NCBI GenBank assembly: GCA_026389425.1
Contig: JAPLHW010000246.1
Location: 1-61,628 of the forward strand
Direction: 5' to 3'
DNA: 61,628 bases
Source: Coprothermobacterota bacterium
GTDB lineage: Bacteria > Caldisericota > JANLFM01
The translations under genes and the position numbers were made by a program. The notes beneath the pieces are model-generated. The model had not been told where the DNA came from. It saw nothing but the letters and a program-made list of their open reading frames with translations, and made no database searches. This document shows positions 37,542 to 45,705 of the stretch, one piece after another (the stretch's first letter is position 1; every line of letters begins with the position of its first letter).

Positions 37542-38681
37542 ATGGAGCTGGAATTGTTTGCCTGGACGCCGCAGCCGGAGAGAATCTGCGCTACCGCGGC
37601 CAGGCTCTGCACTAGTAGTGATGGCTCCCCCCTCCAAACAATTGGACAAGGATTGAGCGAGGAGCGGGTAAAGAACACCATTGCGCGGGTGTTAAAAAAC
37701 GGCCACCTTTCCATCTTAGAACATGCCAGCTTCACTTTTGCGGCCATCGGCCTCTCTCGAGCGTGTACTCATCAACTGGTGCGGCATCGCGTCGCGTCTT
37801 TCGCCCAGCAGAGCCAACGCCATCTTCCAGTACGTGACAGAGAGCCCGTGATTCCACCCAGCTTACGTGGTCACGATCAAGCCCAACGGTTGTTTAAGGA
37901 GGCCTACTCTCGGACTCAAGACGTCTACGAGCAGTTGCTCATTCTTGGTATCCCGTCGGAGGATGCACGTTACTTACTGCCGCAGGCTTCCTCCACCCGA
38001 ATCCTTTTCACCATGAATGCCCGCGAATTGCGCCATTTCCTCCAGAAGCGTTGCTGCGAGAAGGCCCAATGGGAAATCCGCGGCCTGGCCTGGCTGGTAC
38101 GTGAGCGCTTATTGCGTGTCGCCCCTGGTTTATTCGGCGATTCCGGCCCAGCCTGCTTTCAGGCAGACTGTCCTGAGCATGACTACGCTTGCTGGCGCGA
38201 GAAGTCGGCTTTCTTTCAAAGTTCCTATCACTCATTTCGTGAGCGCTTGCAGGGGCTCGGCTTAACTCTGGAGGAATGTCGCTTGCCTGCAGCTGGTTTG
38301 CACCCGTCAGCGACTTCCAAGATGCTTGGATGCCGAGAGGAGGAGCTGCTTCGCCCAATCTTGATCGAGTGCGGAGATCGGTGGGCTCTATTGCTCTCTG
38401 CGAAGCCTGAGACCACCTTGGCGAAAGTTAACGTGCGAACAAACGAAGAGTGGCGTCTCGCCGTTGCGACCCGATACCGCAAGTTTCGCATTTCTCCTCT
38501 CGCCTGCCCCTGGCTCTTAACAAACGGTGAGGAACAGGTTACTGCTTTCTGGGATAGTAGCTTAGACTACCAGGGCACACTTGCTTTTAACTTGGCTTCG
38601 GCTTGGCGTTTCGCTACCCTGGCGCCTCGGTGCATCGAGGAAATGGCGTCTTGCGGCGGATGCACGATCGAGAAGGTGTAA
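37542..38681 (+). CDS. thyX: FAD-dependent thymidylate synthase ThyX with a ~160-aa C-terminal extra domain
   Basis: ThyX motif RHRVASFAQQSQR. The ThyX fold ends near aa 215 (AQWEIRGLAWLV...PGLF). The ORF continues to 379 aa. Confidence 0.85.
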   Translation: MELELFAWTPQPERICATAARLCTSSDGSPLQTIGQGLSEERVKNTIARVLKNGHLSILEHASFTFAAIGLSRACTHQLVRHRVASFAQQSQRHLPVRDREPVIPPSLRGHDQAQRLFKEAYSRTQDVYEQLLILGIPSEDARYLLPQASSTRILFTMNARELRHFLQKRCCEKAQWEIRGLAWLVRERLLRVAPGLFGDSGPACFQADCPEHDYACWREKSAFFQSSYHSFRERLQGLGLTLEECRLPAAGLHPSATSKMLGCREEELLRPILIECGDRWALLLSAKPETTLAKVNVRTNEEWRLAVATRYRKFRISPLACPWLLTNGEEQVTAFWDSSLDYQGTLAFNLASAWRFATLAPRCIEEMASCGGCTIEKV

Positions 38682-38687
38682 ATAAAA

Positions 38688-39308
38688 ATGGAACGAAGAA
38701 ATCAGGGTTCTTTGGAAGTGATCTGTGGCAGTATGTTCTCCGGCAAGAGCGAGGAGTTGATCCGACGTGTCAAGCGGGCTCGCATCGCACGCCAAAATGT
38801 GATCGTTTTCAAGCCGGCCATGGACAGTCGGTACAGCCACAGCGAAGTCGTCTCTCACGACGGTGTTGCGACCCAAGCTCTCAACCTGCAACACCCTGAA
38901 CAGATCTACGCGCTTCTCCACGCAGATACACAAGTGGTAGCCATCGATGAGGCTCAATTCTTCCCTGAGTCGTTGGTTCAGGTCTGCCAGTCACTGGCCG
39001 ACCGCGGCTTGCGGGTCATTGTAGCCGGTCTGGATACCGATTTCCGCGGTTTGCCTTTCGGACCGATACCTTCCTTGTTGGCCGTTGCCGAGAAAGTGGA
39101 CAAGTTGCAGGCCATCTGTGTGGTCTGCGGCGAGGTAGCTTCACGCACCCAACGTGTGATCAACGGCCACCCAGCGTCTTTCGAAGATCCCGTGATTATG
39201 ATTGGTGCATCGGAGAAATACGAAGCGCGTTGCCGACATTGCCACCAAGTCCTGCCCTCGAGCGAAGCGAAGGGCCTACATGCGGCCAAACCCGGCAAGG
39301 AGGCCTGA
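38688..39308 (+). CDS. tdk: thymidine kinase
   Basis: [14 protein letters not shown], zinc ligands CVVCG...CRHCH. The last ~18 aa ([18 protein letters not shown]) are encoded by a family C repeat. Confidence 0.9.
   Translation: MERRNQGSLEVICGSMFSGKSEELIRRVKRARIARQNVIVFKPAMDSRYSHSEVVSHDGVATQALNLQHPEQIYALLHADTQVVAIDEAQFFPESLVQVCQSLADRGLRVIVAGLDTDFRGLPFGPIPSLLAVAEKVDKLQAICVVCGEVASRTQRVINGHPASFEDPVIMIGASEKYEARCRHCHQVLPSSEAKGLHAAKPGKEA
39251..39276 (+). repeat. repeat family C copy (CCTGCCCTCGAGCGAAGCGAAGGGCC, consensus)
   Basis: Identical over 23 nt to 40238-40260. Lies after the conserved end of tdk. Confidence 0.7.
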
Positions 39309-40268
39309 TTGGAACTGCCCTCTAGCGAAGTGAATAGCCCGCGGCAGCGTGTTCTGGGGAAAGCGCCGCAGATCTTGGTGGGCGGGCAAGCCGTGTGGGA
39401 AGGGGTGCTGATGCGTAGCCCTAAAGGATCAGCCATGGCTGTCCGACAACCAAGTGGAACGGTATTTGTGCAAAGCCTCTCTTTTTCATCCTTGGCCGAT
39501 GCTGCGCCGCTTTTCCGCTGGCCGATCCTCCGAGGCATCGCGGCTCTTTGGGATTCCCTTGCTCTCGGCCTAAAAGCGCTTAACCTCTCCCTTGCACTTG
39601 GCTCCAAGCCAGAAGAAAAGTTGAGCAAAGGACAAGCTGTCTTCTCCTTGGCTTTGGCCTTGGGATTGGTTGTACTGCTCTTCTTCGTTGCTCCCTTTTT
39701 TCTCTCTCGCTTACTTTCTTTCTGGCTCCCCCCCAGACTGTTGGCCGTAGTGGAAGGATTTCTCCGGCTGGGTATTTTCTTTGCGTACCTGTGGTTCCTC
39801 TCTTTGATTCCTGAAGTGAAGCGAGTTCTTTACCAATACCATGGCGCTGAACATAAGGTTGTCCACACTTTTGAGCACGGAGAACCATTGACTGTGGAAA
39901 ATGCCCGAAAGTTCTCACCTTTGCACCCCCGCTGCAGCACGAGCTTTCTACTGGTAGTATTAATTGTCAGTTTTGTCCTTTTCGTCTTTCTTGACTTCCC
40001 CAGCACCTGGTGGCGGTTCGCTTCCCGCATTCTCTTTCTCCCCCTGATTGCTGGTTTTTCTTTCGAGCTGATCCGCCTCTTCACGCTTTACCCGCGTTCC
40101 TTTTTCGCGCGGGTAGTCGTCTATCCGGGCTTAGCCACCCAAAAGTTGACAACAGCGGAGCCTTCTTCCGCCCAACTGGAAGTGGCAATCGCTGCACTTC
40201 AGGCATCCCTGGGCCTGCCCTCGAGTGAAGAGAAGGGCCTGCCCTCGAGCGAAGCGAAGGAAAATTGA
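39309..40268 (+). CDS. DUF1385-family membrane-associated protein
   Basis: [14 protein letters not shown] and [10 protein letters not shown] are typical of DUF1385. True start is probably downstream of TTG 39309. The C-terminal [17 protein letters not shown] is encoded by family C repeats. Confidence 0.8.
   Translation: MELPSSEVNSPRQRVLGKAPQILVGGQAVWEGVLMRSPKGSAMAVRQPSGTVFVQSLSFSSLADAAPLFRWPILRGIAALWDSLALGLKALNLSLALGSKPEEKLSKGQAVFSLALALGLVVLLFFVAPFFLSRLLSFWLPPRLLAVVEGFLRLGIFFAYLWFLSLIPEVKRVLYQYHGAEHKVVHTFEHGEPLTVENARKFSPLHPRCSTSFLLVVLIVSFVLFVFLDFPSTWWRFASRILFLPLIAGFSFELIRLFTLYPRSFFARVVVYPGLATQKLTTAEPSSAQLEVAIAALQASLGLPSSEEKGLPSSEAKEN
39314..39339 (+). repeat. repeat family C copy, diverged (ACTGCCCTCTAGCGAAGTGAATAGCC)
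   Basis: 21/26 match to the consensus, same orientation, 63 nt after the previous copy. Lies before the conserved start of DUF1385. Confidence 0.5.
40214..40260 (+). repeat. repeat family C, two tandem copies (24-nt period)
   Basis: CCTGCCCTCGAGTGAAGAGAAGGG followed by CCTGCCCTCGAGCGAAGCGAAGG. Ends 5 nt before the prfA TTG start. Confidence 0.75.
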
Positions 40269-41344
40269 ATCTACTAGAGAAAAAAGCACACTACCAAGGG
40301 CGCAAGGAGGAATTGGAGAGACAGTTTCTCGAGCCATCCGTTCAGGTTGACCAAGCCCAGTTGCAGATTGTCTCCATCGCCTACCACGAGGTGTCTCTTG
40401 TGTTGAAAATCTTTCGAGAACTCGAGGAGAATACAATACAGGTCAAACAGGTCGAACAATTGCGCAACGAATCGGAAGAGATCGAGCTGCGCGAGCTAGC
40501 GGAGCAGGAACTGGTAAAACTCCAGGCCAAGGAAGTCCAATTGCAGAAGGACCTGCGGGCTTTTCTTCTACCCCGCGACCCTGACGATGAGCGCAATGTG
40601 ATTATGGAGATCCGAGGAGCGGCGGGGGGCGAAGAAGCAGCCCTCTTTGCCGCTCAGCTCTTTCGAATGTACGCCAACTACGCAGAGAAACGGAAGTGGA
40701 AAATCGAAGTGCTCTCCTCTAACCCGACGGACTTGGGGGGTTTCAAGGAGATCATTCTTGAGATCAAAGGGAAGGAGGCCTTCTCCCGTTTGAAGTTCGA
40801 GGGCGGAGCTCATCGTGTTCAACGCGTACCGGCCACTGAATCATCAGGACGTCTGCACACTTCAACAGCCACTGTGGTGGTGCTACCGGAAGCGGAAGAA
40901 GTGGACGTGCAAATCAACCCGGACGACCTGCGCATCGACGTCTATCGCTCATCCGGGCACGGCGGTCAATGTGTCCAGAAGACCGATTCAGCTGTACGAA
41001 TCACCCATTTTCCCTCCGGCCTGGTGGTCACCTGCCAAGATGAGCGCTCTCAACTGCAAAACAAGGAGAGGGCAATGACAATTCTCCGCTCTCGTCTCCT
41101 GGAGATCGCACAACGGGAACAATCCAATCAGATCACATCCTCTCGCCGTCTCCAAGTGAAGTCCGGCGATCGCTCGGAGAAAATCCGCACCTATAATTTC
41201 CCCCAGAACCGGCTCACAGACCACCGTATCGGCTTGGATTTCTACAACCTACCAGTGATTATGGAGGGAAACCTCGATGAATTACTGAACGCTTTGGAGT
41301 CTAAACATATAGAAGAACGAATGGAGGAAGAGACATCGGCCTGA
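40265..41344 (+). CDS. prfA: peptide chain release factor 1
   Basis: [19 protein letters not shown] (GGQ) and a PAT-type tripeptide region [13 protein letters not shown] start overlaps the upstream stop. Confidence 0.95.
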   Translation: MNLLEKKAHYQGRKEELERQFLEPSVQVDQAQLQIVSIAYHEVSLVLKIFRELEENTIQVKQVEQLRNESEEIELRELAEQELVKLQAKEVQLQKDLRAFLLPRDPDDERNVIMEIRGAAGGEEAALFAAQLFRMYANYAEKRKWKIEVLSSNPTDLGGFKEIILEIKGKEAFSRLKFEGGAHRVQRVPATESSGRLHTSTATVVVLPEAEEVDVQINPDDLRIDVYRSSGHGGQCVQKTDSAVRITHFPSGLVVTCQDERSQLQNKERAMTILRSRLLEIAQREQSNQITSSRRLQVKSGDRSEKIRTYNFPQNRLTDHRIGLDFYNLPVIMEGNLDELLNALESKHIEERMEEETSA

Positions 41345-41364
41345 CGGAAATCCTGCTCGCCTAC

Positions 41365-41946
41365 TTGGTAGGCTCGATCCCTTTTGGCTTGTTGGTCGGT
41401 TGGCTGCGGAATATCGATTTGCGCCACCGGGGCAGCGGAAACATCGGGACTGTCAACGCCTACCGGGTTCTGGGCATCTTGCCGGCAATCGGTATTTTTC
41501 TCCTCGATTTCAGCAAAGGTTTCCTCCCCACTTTCCTGTCAGCTCCCATGGTGACGCCAGAGATCCTCGCCCTGGTTGGATTGAGCACAGTAGTCGGGCA
41601 CGACTACTCGATCTTCCTCGGGTTCCGCGGTGGAAAAGGCATCGCTACGACTGCTGGGGTGGTAGCCGCACTGGATTGGCGCATTATTGCCGCGGCCGTT
41701 GCCATCTGGCTGGTGTGCATTCTCCTCTCGCGCATCCCCTCAATTTCCTCCTTGGCCGCTTCTTTTTCCCTGATTCCTTTTTTCTTGCTCTGGCAACCCA
41801 GCAATACGATGTTGGCTATCATCCTCTTCGGCTTGGCTCTGATCGCTCACCAGTCCAACTTGGAACGTCTGGCGCGTGGAGAGGAGCGAGGGTTCAACAC
41901 CGAACTGCCAACCCCTCGGAGAAGGCAGCATGACCCGCCTCGTTGA
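41365..41946 (+). CDS. plsY: glycerol-3-phosphate acyltransferase PlsY
   Basis: GSIPFGLL, GSGNIGTVNAYR, GGKGIATT. The start is probably a non-ATG codon upstream of TTG 41365, since the frame is open from 41305. Confidence 0.85.
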   Translation: MVGSIPFGLLVGWLRNIDLRHRGSGNIGTVNAYRVLGILPAIGIFLLDFSKGFLPTFLSAPMVTPEILALVGLSTVVGHDYSIFLGFRGGKGIATTAGVVAALDWRIIAAAVAIWLVCILLSRIPSISSLAASFSLIPFFLLWQPSNTMLAIILFGLALIAHQSNLERLARGEERGFNTELPTPRRRQHDPPR

Positions 41947-42901
41947 TCCGGAAGAGGCTGCCCGTTTGGTCAAATGCGGCCGCCTTGGCGCTTTTCCCAC
42001 TGAGACCGTCTTCGGCTTGGGTGCACACCCCTTTCACCAAGCTGCTTTGCAGCGAATCTATGCTGTGAAAGGTCGCGAGATTTGGCAACCGCTCAGCCTT
42101 CACATCGGGCAGTTACCAGACTTGTTCAAATTCTCACAAGACTTACCAAGCGTGGTCAGCCGCCTGGTGGATCGCTTTTGGCCAGGTCCTCTGGCTTTGA
42201 TTGTTCCTGCTTCTCCCCTGGTCCCAGCGGAGGCTCGCTCTGCCAGTGGGACAGTCTCCTTCCGTTATCCCTCTTCCCAGACCTGCCGGCTCTTCCTCCG
42301 TTTTGTGGGCGCCCCGCTAGCGGCTACCTCGGCCAATAAAAGCGGCAGCTTGAGCCCTCTGGACGCGCTCGACGTGGAGGACGAGATCGGTGAAGAAATC
42401 GATTTCCTGCTGGAGGAAGGCTCGAGCACCTGCCCTCGAGCACCCGCAGGAAGGTCAAGGGTTCCATTGGAGTCGACCCTTGTCGACCTGACCGAGATCC
42501 CCTACCGGGTCCTTCGAATTGGTGCGATAAGCTTAGAGAGACTGTCCGCAGAGACCCACCTCCCTTTCCAAGAAGCCGGTCCCATTCTCTCCCCGTTGCA
42601 CTTGGTGCTGTGGAAAGGGAGCCCACTATCTATCGCGAAATACCTAAGGGACAGCACTATCTCAGAGGGTAGTGTAGTATTGACGACGACGCCACTATCC
42701 TTGAAAAAAGAGGTTGTTCAAGCGAGGCTCCCAGTGGTGGGGATCGATCTTTTCCGTCTGCTTGCTCGCTTGCAGCGGGAACAGGTCCCACGAATTTATT
42801 GTCAAGACATCTGGCCAATGACCACGGCCATTCATAGGAGGTTGGCAGTAAGAACTGAACAATTCGTCAATCTGGAGAAAGGAGAGAAGACATGCATCTA
42901 G
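41930..42901 (+). CDS. tsaC: L-threonylcarbamoyladenylate synthase (Sua5/YwlC type)
   Basis: FPTETVFGLGA, SANKSG, ESTLVDLT. ATG 41930. Confidence 0.85.
   Translation: MTRLVDPEEAARLVKCGRLGAFPTETVFGLGAHPFHQAALQRIYAVKGREIWQPLSLHIGQLPDLFKFSQDLPSVVSRLVDRFWPGPLALIVPASPLVPAEARSASGTVSFRYPSSQTCRLFLRFVGAPLAATSANKSGSLSPLDALDVEDEIGEEIDFLLEEGSSTCPRAPAGRSRVPLESTLVDLTEIPYRVLRIGAISLERLSAETHLPFQEAGPILSPLHLVLWKGSPLSIAKYLRDSTISEGSVVLTTTPLSLKKEVVQARLPVVGIDLFRLLARLQREQVPRIYCQDIWPMTTAIHRRLAVRTEQFVNLEKGEKTCI
42421..42448 (+). repeat. family C-related insert (CTCGAGCACCTGCCCTCGAGCACCCGCA) inside tsaC
   Basis: Contains the 12-mer CCTGCCCTCGAG and an internal direct repeat CTCGAGCAC x2. Flanked by AGGAAGG at 42414-42420 and 42448-42454. 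Confidence 0.55.
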
Positions 42902-43227
42902 TTCCTGAGAAGGAAAGCATATTAAAGGGTTTAAATTCTTTCAAGGCGATCGCCAAGCAAGATCTCCTTGTTGCCGAGACTGTCAATAACCCCGAGTTCT
43001 GGCAGCGGCATGCAGAGTCTCGGCGATTGGTCTACAAGGAGCTCATCGCCCAAGTCGAGCAGGAAGGCGTGGACAGCGCCTGTGCTCGAGCCTTGAACGA
43101 GTACCGGAGAGCCATCCAACAGCGCGAGGAGACACCGGAGTCCAAAGGTAAACAAGAAGCTCTAGAGAACTTTCTCGCGCTCTGCGGGTTTGAAGAACGG
43201 ACGATTAAGGCCAGTCAAAGCGATTAG
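42892..43227 (+). CDS. hypothetical helical protein
   Basis: 111-aa ORF with a GGAGAG RBS. Overlaps the tsaC stop. No motif recognised. Confidence 0.4.
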   Translation: MHLVPEKESILKGLNSFKAIAKQDLLVAETVNNPEFWQRHAESRRLVYKELIAQVEQEGVDSACARALNEYRRAIQQREETPESKGKQEALENFLALCGFEERTIKASQSD

Positions 43228-44305
43228 CATATCGACTGGTTGGGATCTAGTCGACTCCATCCTGGAGTTGAAAGGACCCTGGAACTCTTTCCTATTGGCG
43301 TCCTCCACCCCGGACTTCTTCCGTAGTTGGGAATGGCTGGATGCTTGGTTGACAGTCTACGGAAGCGGCAAACGACCCTGCATCCTGGCCTATTATGATC
43401 GGGACGGTTTAGCTGGGCTGGCGCCCCTCTGCACTACTTCATTTCTCGGTCTTGAACGGATCACTTTCCTCGGGGCCGGCGTATCGGATCGCCATGGTTT
43501 CATCGTTCACCCCGGAAAGGAGGATGCCTTCTCTCGTGGATTACCTCAAGCTCTCGAGGAGCATACGGGCTGGCAGCTCTGCGATCTTCAGGAATTACCG
43601 GCGGACGATCCCATCTCCCAACGCTTACAGGTCTCTTTACCCCCACATATGACGCAAGTTTCTTTGCAGAGTAAGCTACCCTACCTGACCCTGCCCGCCA
43701 CTTGGGAGGAGTTCCTGGGCGGTTATGGTAAGAAGCGCCGCGACAAGATCAAGTATTACCCCCGGATGCTCAGCCGCGACCATCAATGGTCAATCGAGGA
43801 AGCTGACCAGGAGAACTTGCAGGATCGGTTGAATACTTTGGCTTCTCTCAATGTGCGCCGCTGGCTGCGTAAAGGGATCCCCTCCTCGTTTCTCCAGCCG
43901 GGTTTTCGCTTTTTCCACGCACGAGTGGCGAAGTCCTTGTTGGGACGAGCTTTGCGGCTCTACACCCTCCTCGTCGACGGGCGACCGGTGGCAATTCTTT
44001 ACGGCTATTCTTTCGGTGGACGTTTTTCATTCTACCTCTGCGCACAAGATGACCGTTTCTCCCGTTATGGCCCCGGATTCATCCTCCAGGTTGAGGCCAT
44101 CCGCCGGGCCATTGAGGAGGGTTGCCTGACTTTTGATTTCGGGAAGGGCTTGGAGGATTACAAGATGCACTGGAAACCACAGGTCGCCATCAACCAGCGA
44201 CTTTTGGTTCGACGCGGAGGATGGGGGAGTAGAATAGGAGCCAGTCTGATCTGGGCCGAGCATGGGCTCGTACAAGGAATCAAACGAAAGGCGAAGCGCA
44301 TTTGA
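43190..44305 (+). CDS. GNAT-fold acyltransferase of the FemAB/CelD/BioF2-like (Acetyltransf_6) type
   Basis: 371 aa. Pattern W..F......PFFRSWEWLDAW and a C-terminal GCLTFDFGKG..YK..W, as remembered for this family. Confidence 0.55.
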   Translation: MKNGRLRPVKAISISTGWDLVDSILELKGPWNSFLLASSTPDFFRSWEWLDAWLTVYGSGKRPCILAYYDRDGLAGLAPLCTTSFLGLERITFLGAGVSDRHGFIVHPGKEDAFSRGLPQALEEHTGWQLCDLQELPADDPISQRLQVSLPPHMTQVSLQSKLPYLTLPATWEEFLGGYGKKRRDKIKYYPRMLSRDHQWSIEEADQENLQDRLNTLASLNVRRWLRKGIPSSFLQPGFRFFHARVAKSLLGRALRLYTLLVDGRPVAILYGYSFGGRFSFYLCAQDDRFSRYGPGFILQVEAIRRAIEEGCLTFDFGKGLEDYKMHWKPQVAINQRLLVRRGGWGSRIGASLIWAEHGLVQGIKRKAKRI

Positions 44306-45635
44306 GGTGTTGACGATCCCCAATTTACTCACTATCTTCCGTCTGGCGGCCGTGACGCCGTTGGTCATCTTTATCCTTGCGCGAAATTCGCTGGCGGCTT
44401 TCCTGGTCATCCTCTTGGCCACCTTTTCCGATTATTTGGACGGCTATCTGGCTCGTCGGTTCAAACAAGAGAGCAGGCTCGGAAAAATCCTCGATCCCAC
44501 TGCCGACAAGCTCTTGGGTGGCGCTGCTTTCATTTCCTTATGTATTGCCCAGTATCTGCCTTGGAGTATCTTCGCCCTTTTCGCTGCGCGAGACTTGATC
44601 CTCCTCATCACCATGTTCATCCTCACCGCCCAACACAAGCGGATCCTCACCGAAACCAAAATCGGTAAATTCTCCACCGGTCTTTTTATGTTGAGCCTTG
44701 CTCTGGTGGTCATCGAAGTCCCTTATGCCATTCTCCTCTTTTATATCTGTTTCGCCATCTACCTTTACACCGGTGCGATCTACGTGATCCGCATTTTCCA
44801 AACTCCGGAAGGCAAGGAGTTGAAAGAGGAAGCCAAGCGTCGCTTCCGCAAGCACCCAGGCGGGGAGGGAGTGTTTCCTGCAGGAGACGATCAGACCTGC
44901 CGCAGCATGGGGACAGATTTGAAATCCGTCCCCATGCTGCATAAAGCCATCCTTACCGTTGACACGCATACCTACTTGAGGATCCCTATCCGCACCCACG
45001 AGATCAAGCCTCCTGATAGCTTACAGGAACAAGTGGCAAGGTATGCCGGGAAATTCCTCCAATCGAGCGACACATTGGTCCTATCTGAGAAGATGGTTGC
45101 CGCCACCCAGAATCGCCTGGTCCCATCCGAGTCAATCCACCCCACTCGCTTAGCTGTTTGGCTGGCCGGGAAGGTTACCAAGACTCCTCATGGGATCGGC
45201 CTGGGCAGCCCCCTGACCATGCAGTTGGCCTTACGTGAGTGTGGTACTTGGCGCATTCTCCTGGCTGCAGCCTTCGGGGCAGTGGGGAAACTGCTGGGGA
45301 TCAAGGGTCTTTTCTACCGAGTAGCCGGGAGGCAAGCAGCATGGATCGACGGGGATGCTCCTTATGGGATGTTGCGTGGTCACGCAGTATTGGGGCCAAA
45401 AGAACCTGCTCGAGTCTGTCAGGAGATGGACCAACTCTTCGGATGCCGGGTAGCCGTATTGGACGTCAATGACATCGGCGGTTGTGAAATTTGCGGCGCA
45501 TCACGCGGAGCAGACAAGCGGATTGTATTGGCTTTGATGAAAGACAATCCTCTCGGTCAGGATGTCGAGCAAACCCCAATCGGGATCCTCCGCCTACTTG
45601 ATAGGGGTCCCGTAACTCTCTTCCATTCTCGTTGA
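44262..45635 (+). CDS. fusion ORF: CDP-alcohol phosphatidyltransferase (aa ~15-190) and a CofE-like / F420-0:gamma-glutamyl ligase-like domain (aa ~230-457)
   Basis: N-terminal half: PNLLTIFRL...SDYLDGYLARR...GKILDPTADKL (the D(x)2DG(x)2AR...D(x)3D motif). C-terminal half: LVLSEKMVAATQNRL...VLDVND...DNPLGQDVEQTPIGI. The two halves are joined through the family A palindrome. Confidence 0.7.
   Translation: MGSYKESNERRSAFEVLTIPNLLTIFRLAAVTPLVIFILARNSLAAFLVILLATFSDYLDGYLARRFKQESRLGKILDPTADKLLGGAAFISLCIAQYLPWSIFALFAARDLILLITMFILTAQHKRILTETKIGKFSTGLFMLSLALVVIEVPYAILLFYICFAIYLYTGAIYVIRIFQTPEGKELKEEAKRRFRKHPGGEGVFPAGDDQTCRSMGTDLKSVPMLHKAILTVDTHTYLRIPIRTHEIKPPDSLQEQVARYAGKFLQSSDTLVLSEKMVAATQNRLVPSESIHPTRLAVWLAGKVTKTPHGIGLGSPLTMQLALRECGTWRILLAAAFGAVGKLLGIKGLFYRVAGRQAAWIDGDAPYGMLRGHAVLGPKEPARVCQEMDQLFGCRVAVLDVNDIGGCEICGASRGADKRIVLALMKDNPLGQDVEQTPIGILRLLDRGPVTLFHSR
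44902..44940. repeat. 39-bp palindrome (repeat family A, copy 2) inside the fusion ORF
   Basis: GCAGCATGGGGACAGATTT-G-AAATCCGTCCCCATGCTGC, with one arm mismatch. Shares the core ATGGGGACAGATTTnAAATCnGTCCCCAT with 7432-7468. Confidence 0.7.
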
Positions 45636-45660
45636 CGGTCCCTTCAAATCTCCCTATACT
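45632..45660 (+). promoter_or_regulatory. sigma70-type promoter of the rimP-nusA-infB operon
   Basis: TTGACG (45632-45637, overlapping the upstream stop), 17-nt spacer, TATACT (45655-45660). Confidence 0.55.
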
Positions 45661-45670
45661 TCATTTGGAT

Positions 45671-45693
45671 AAGAGTGGGGTTGGCCCACTCTT
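45671..45693 (+). terminator. leader hairpin, terminator-like (possible attenuator)
   Basis: AAGAGTGGG-GTTGG-CCCACTCTT (9-bp stem) followed by TTCGTT. Lies between the predicted TSS and the rimP ATG at 45706. Confidence 0.5.
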
Positions 45694-45705
45694 TTCGTTC
45701 CCAGG

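Noticed and set aside
40214-40260. Possible CRISPR-like array, given the tandem 24-nt repeats
   Set aside because: There are only two directly abutting units with no spacers, no cas genes are in the window, and the same unit is dispersed singly elsewhere. It is a dispersed repeat family, not a CRISPR array.
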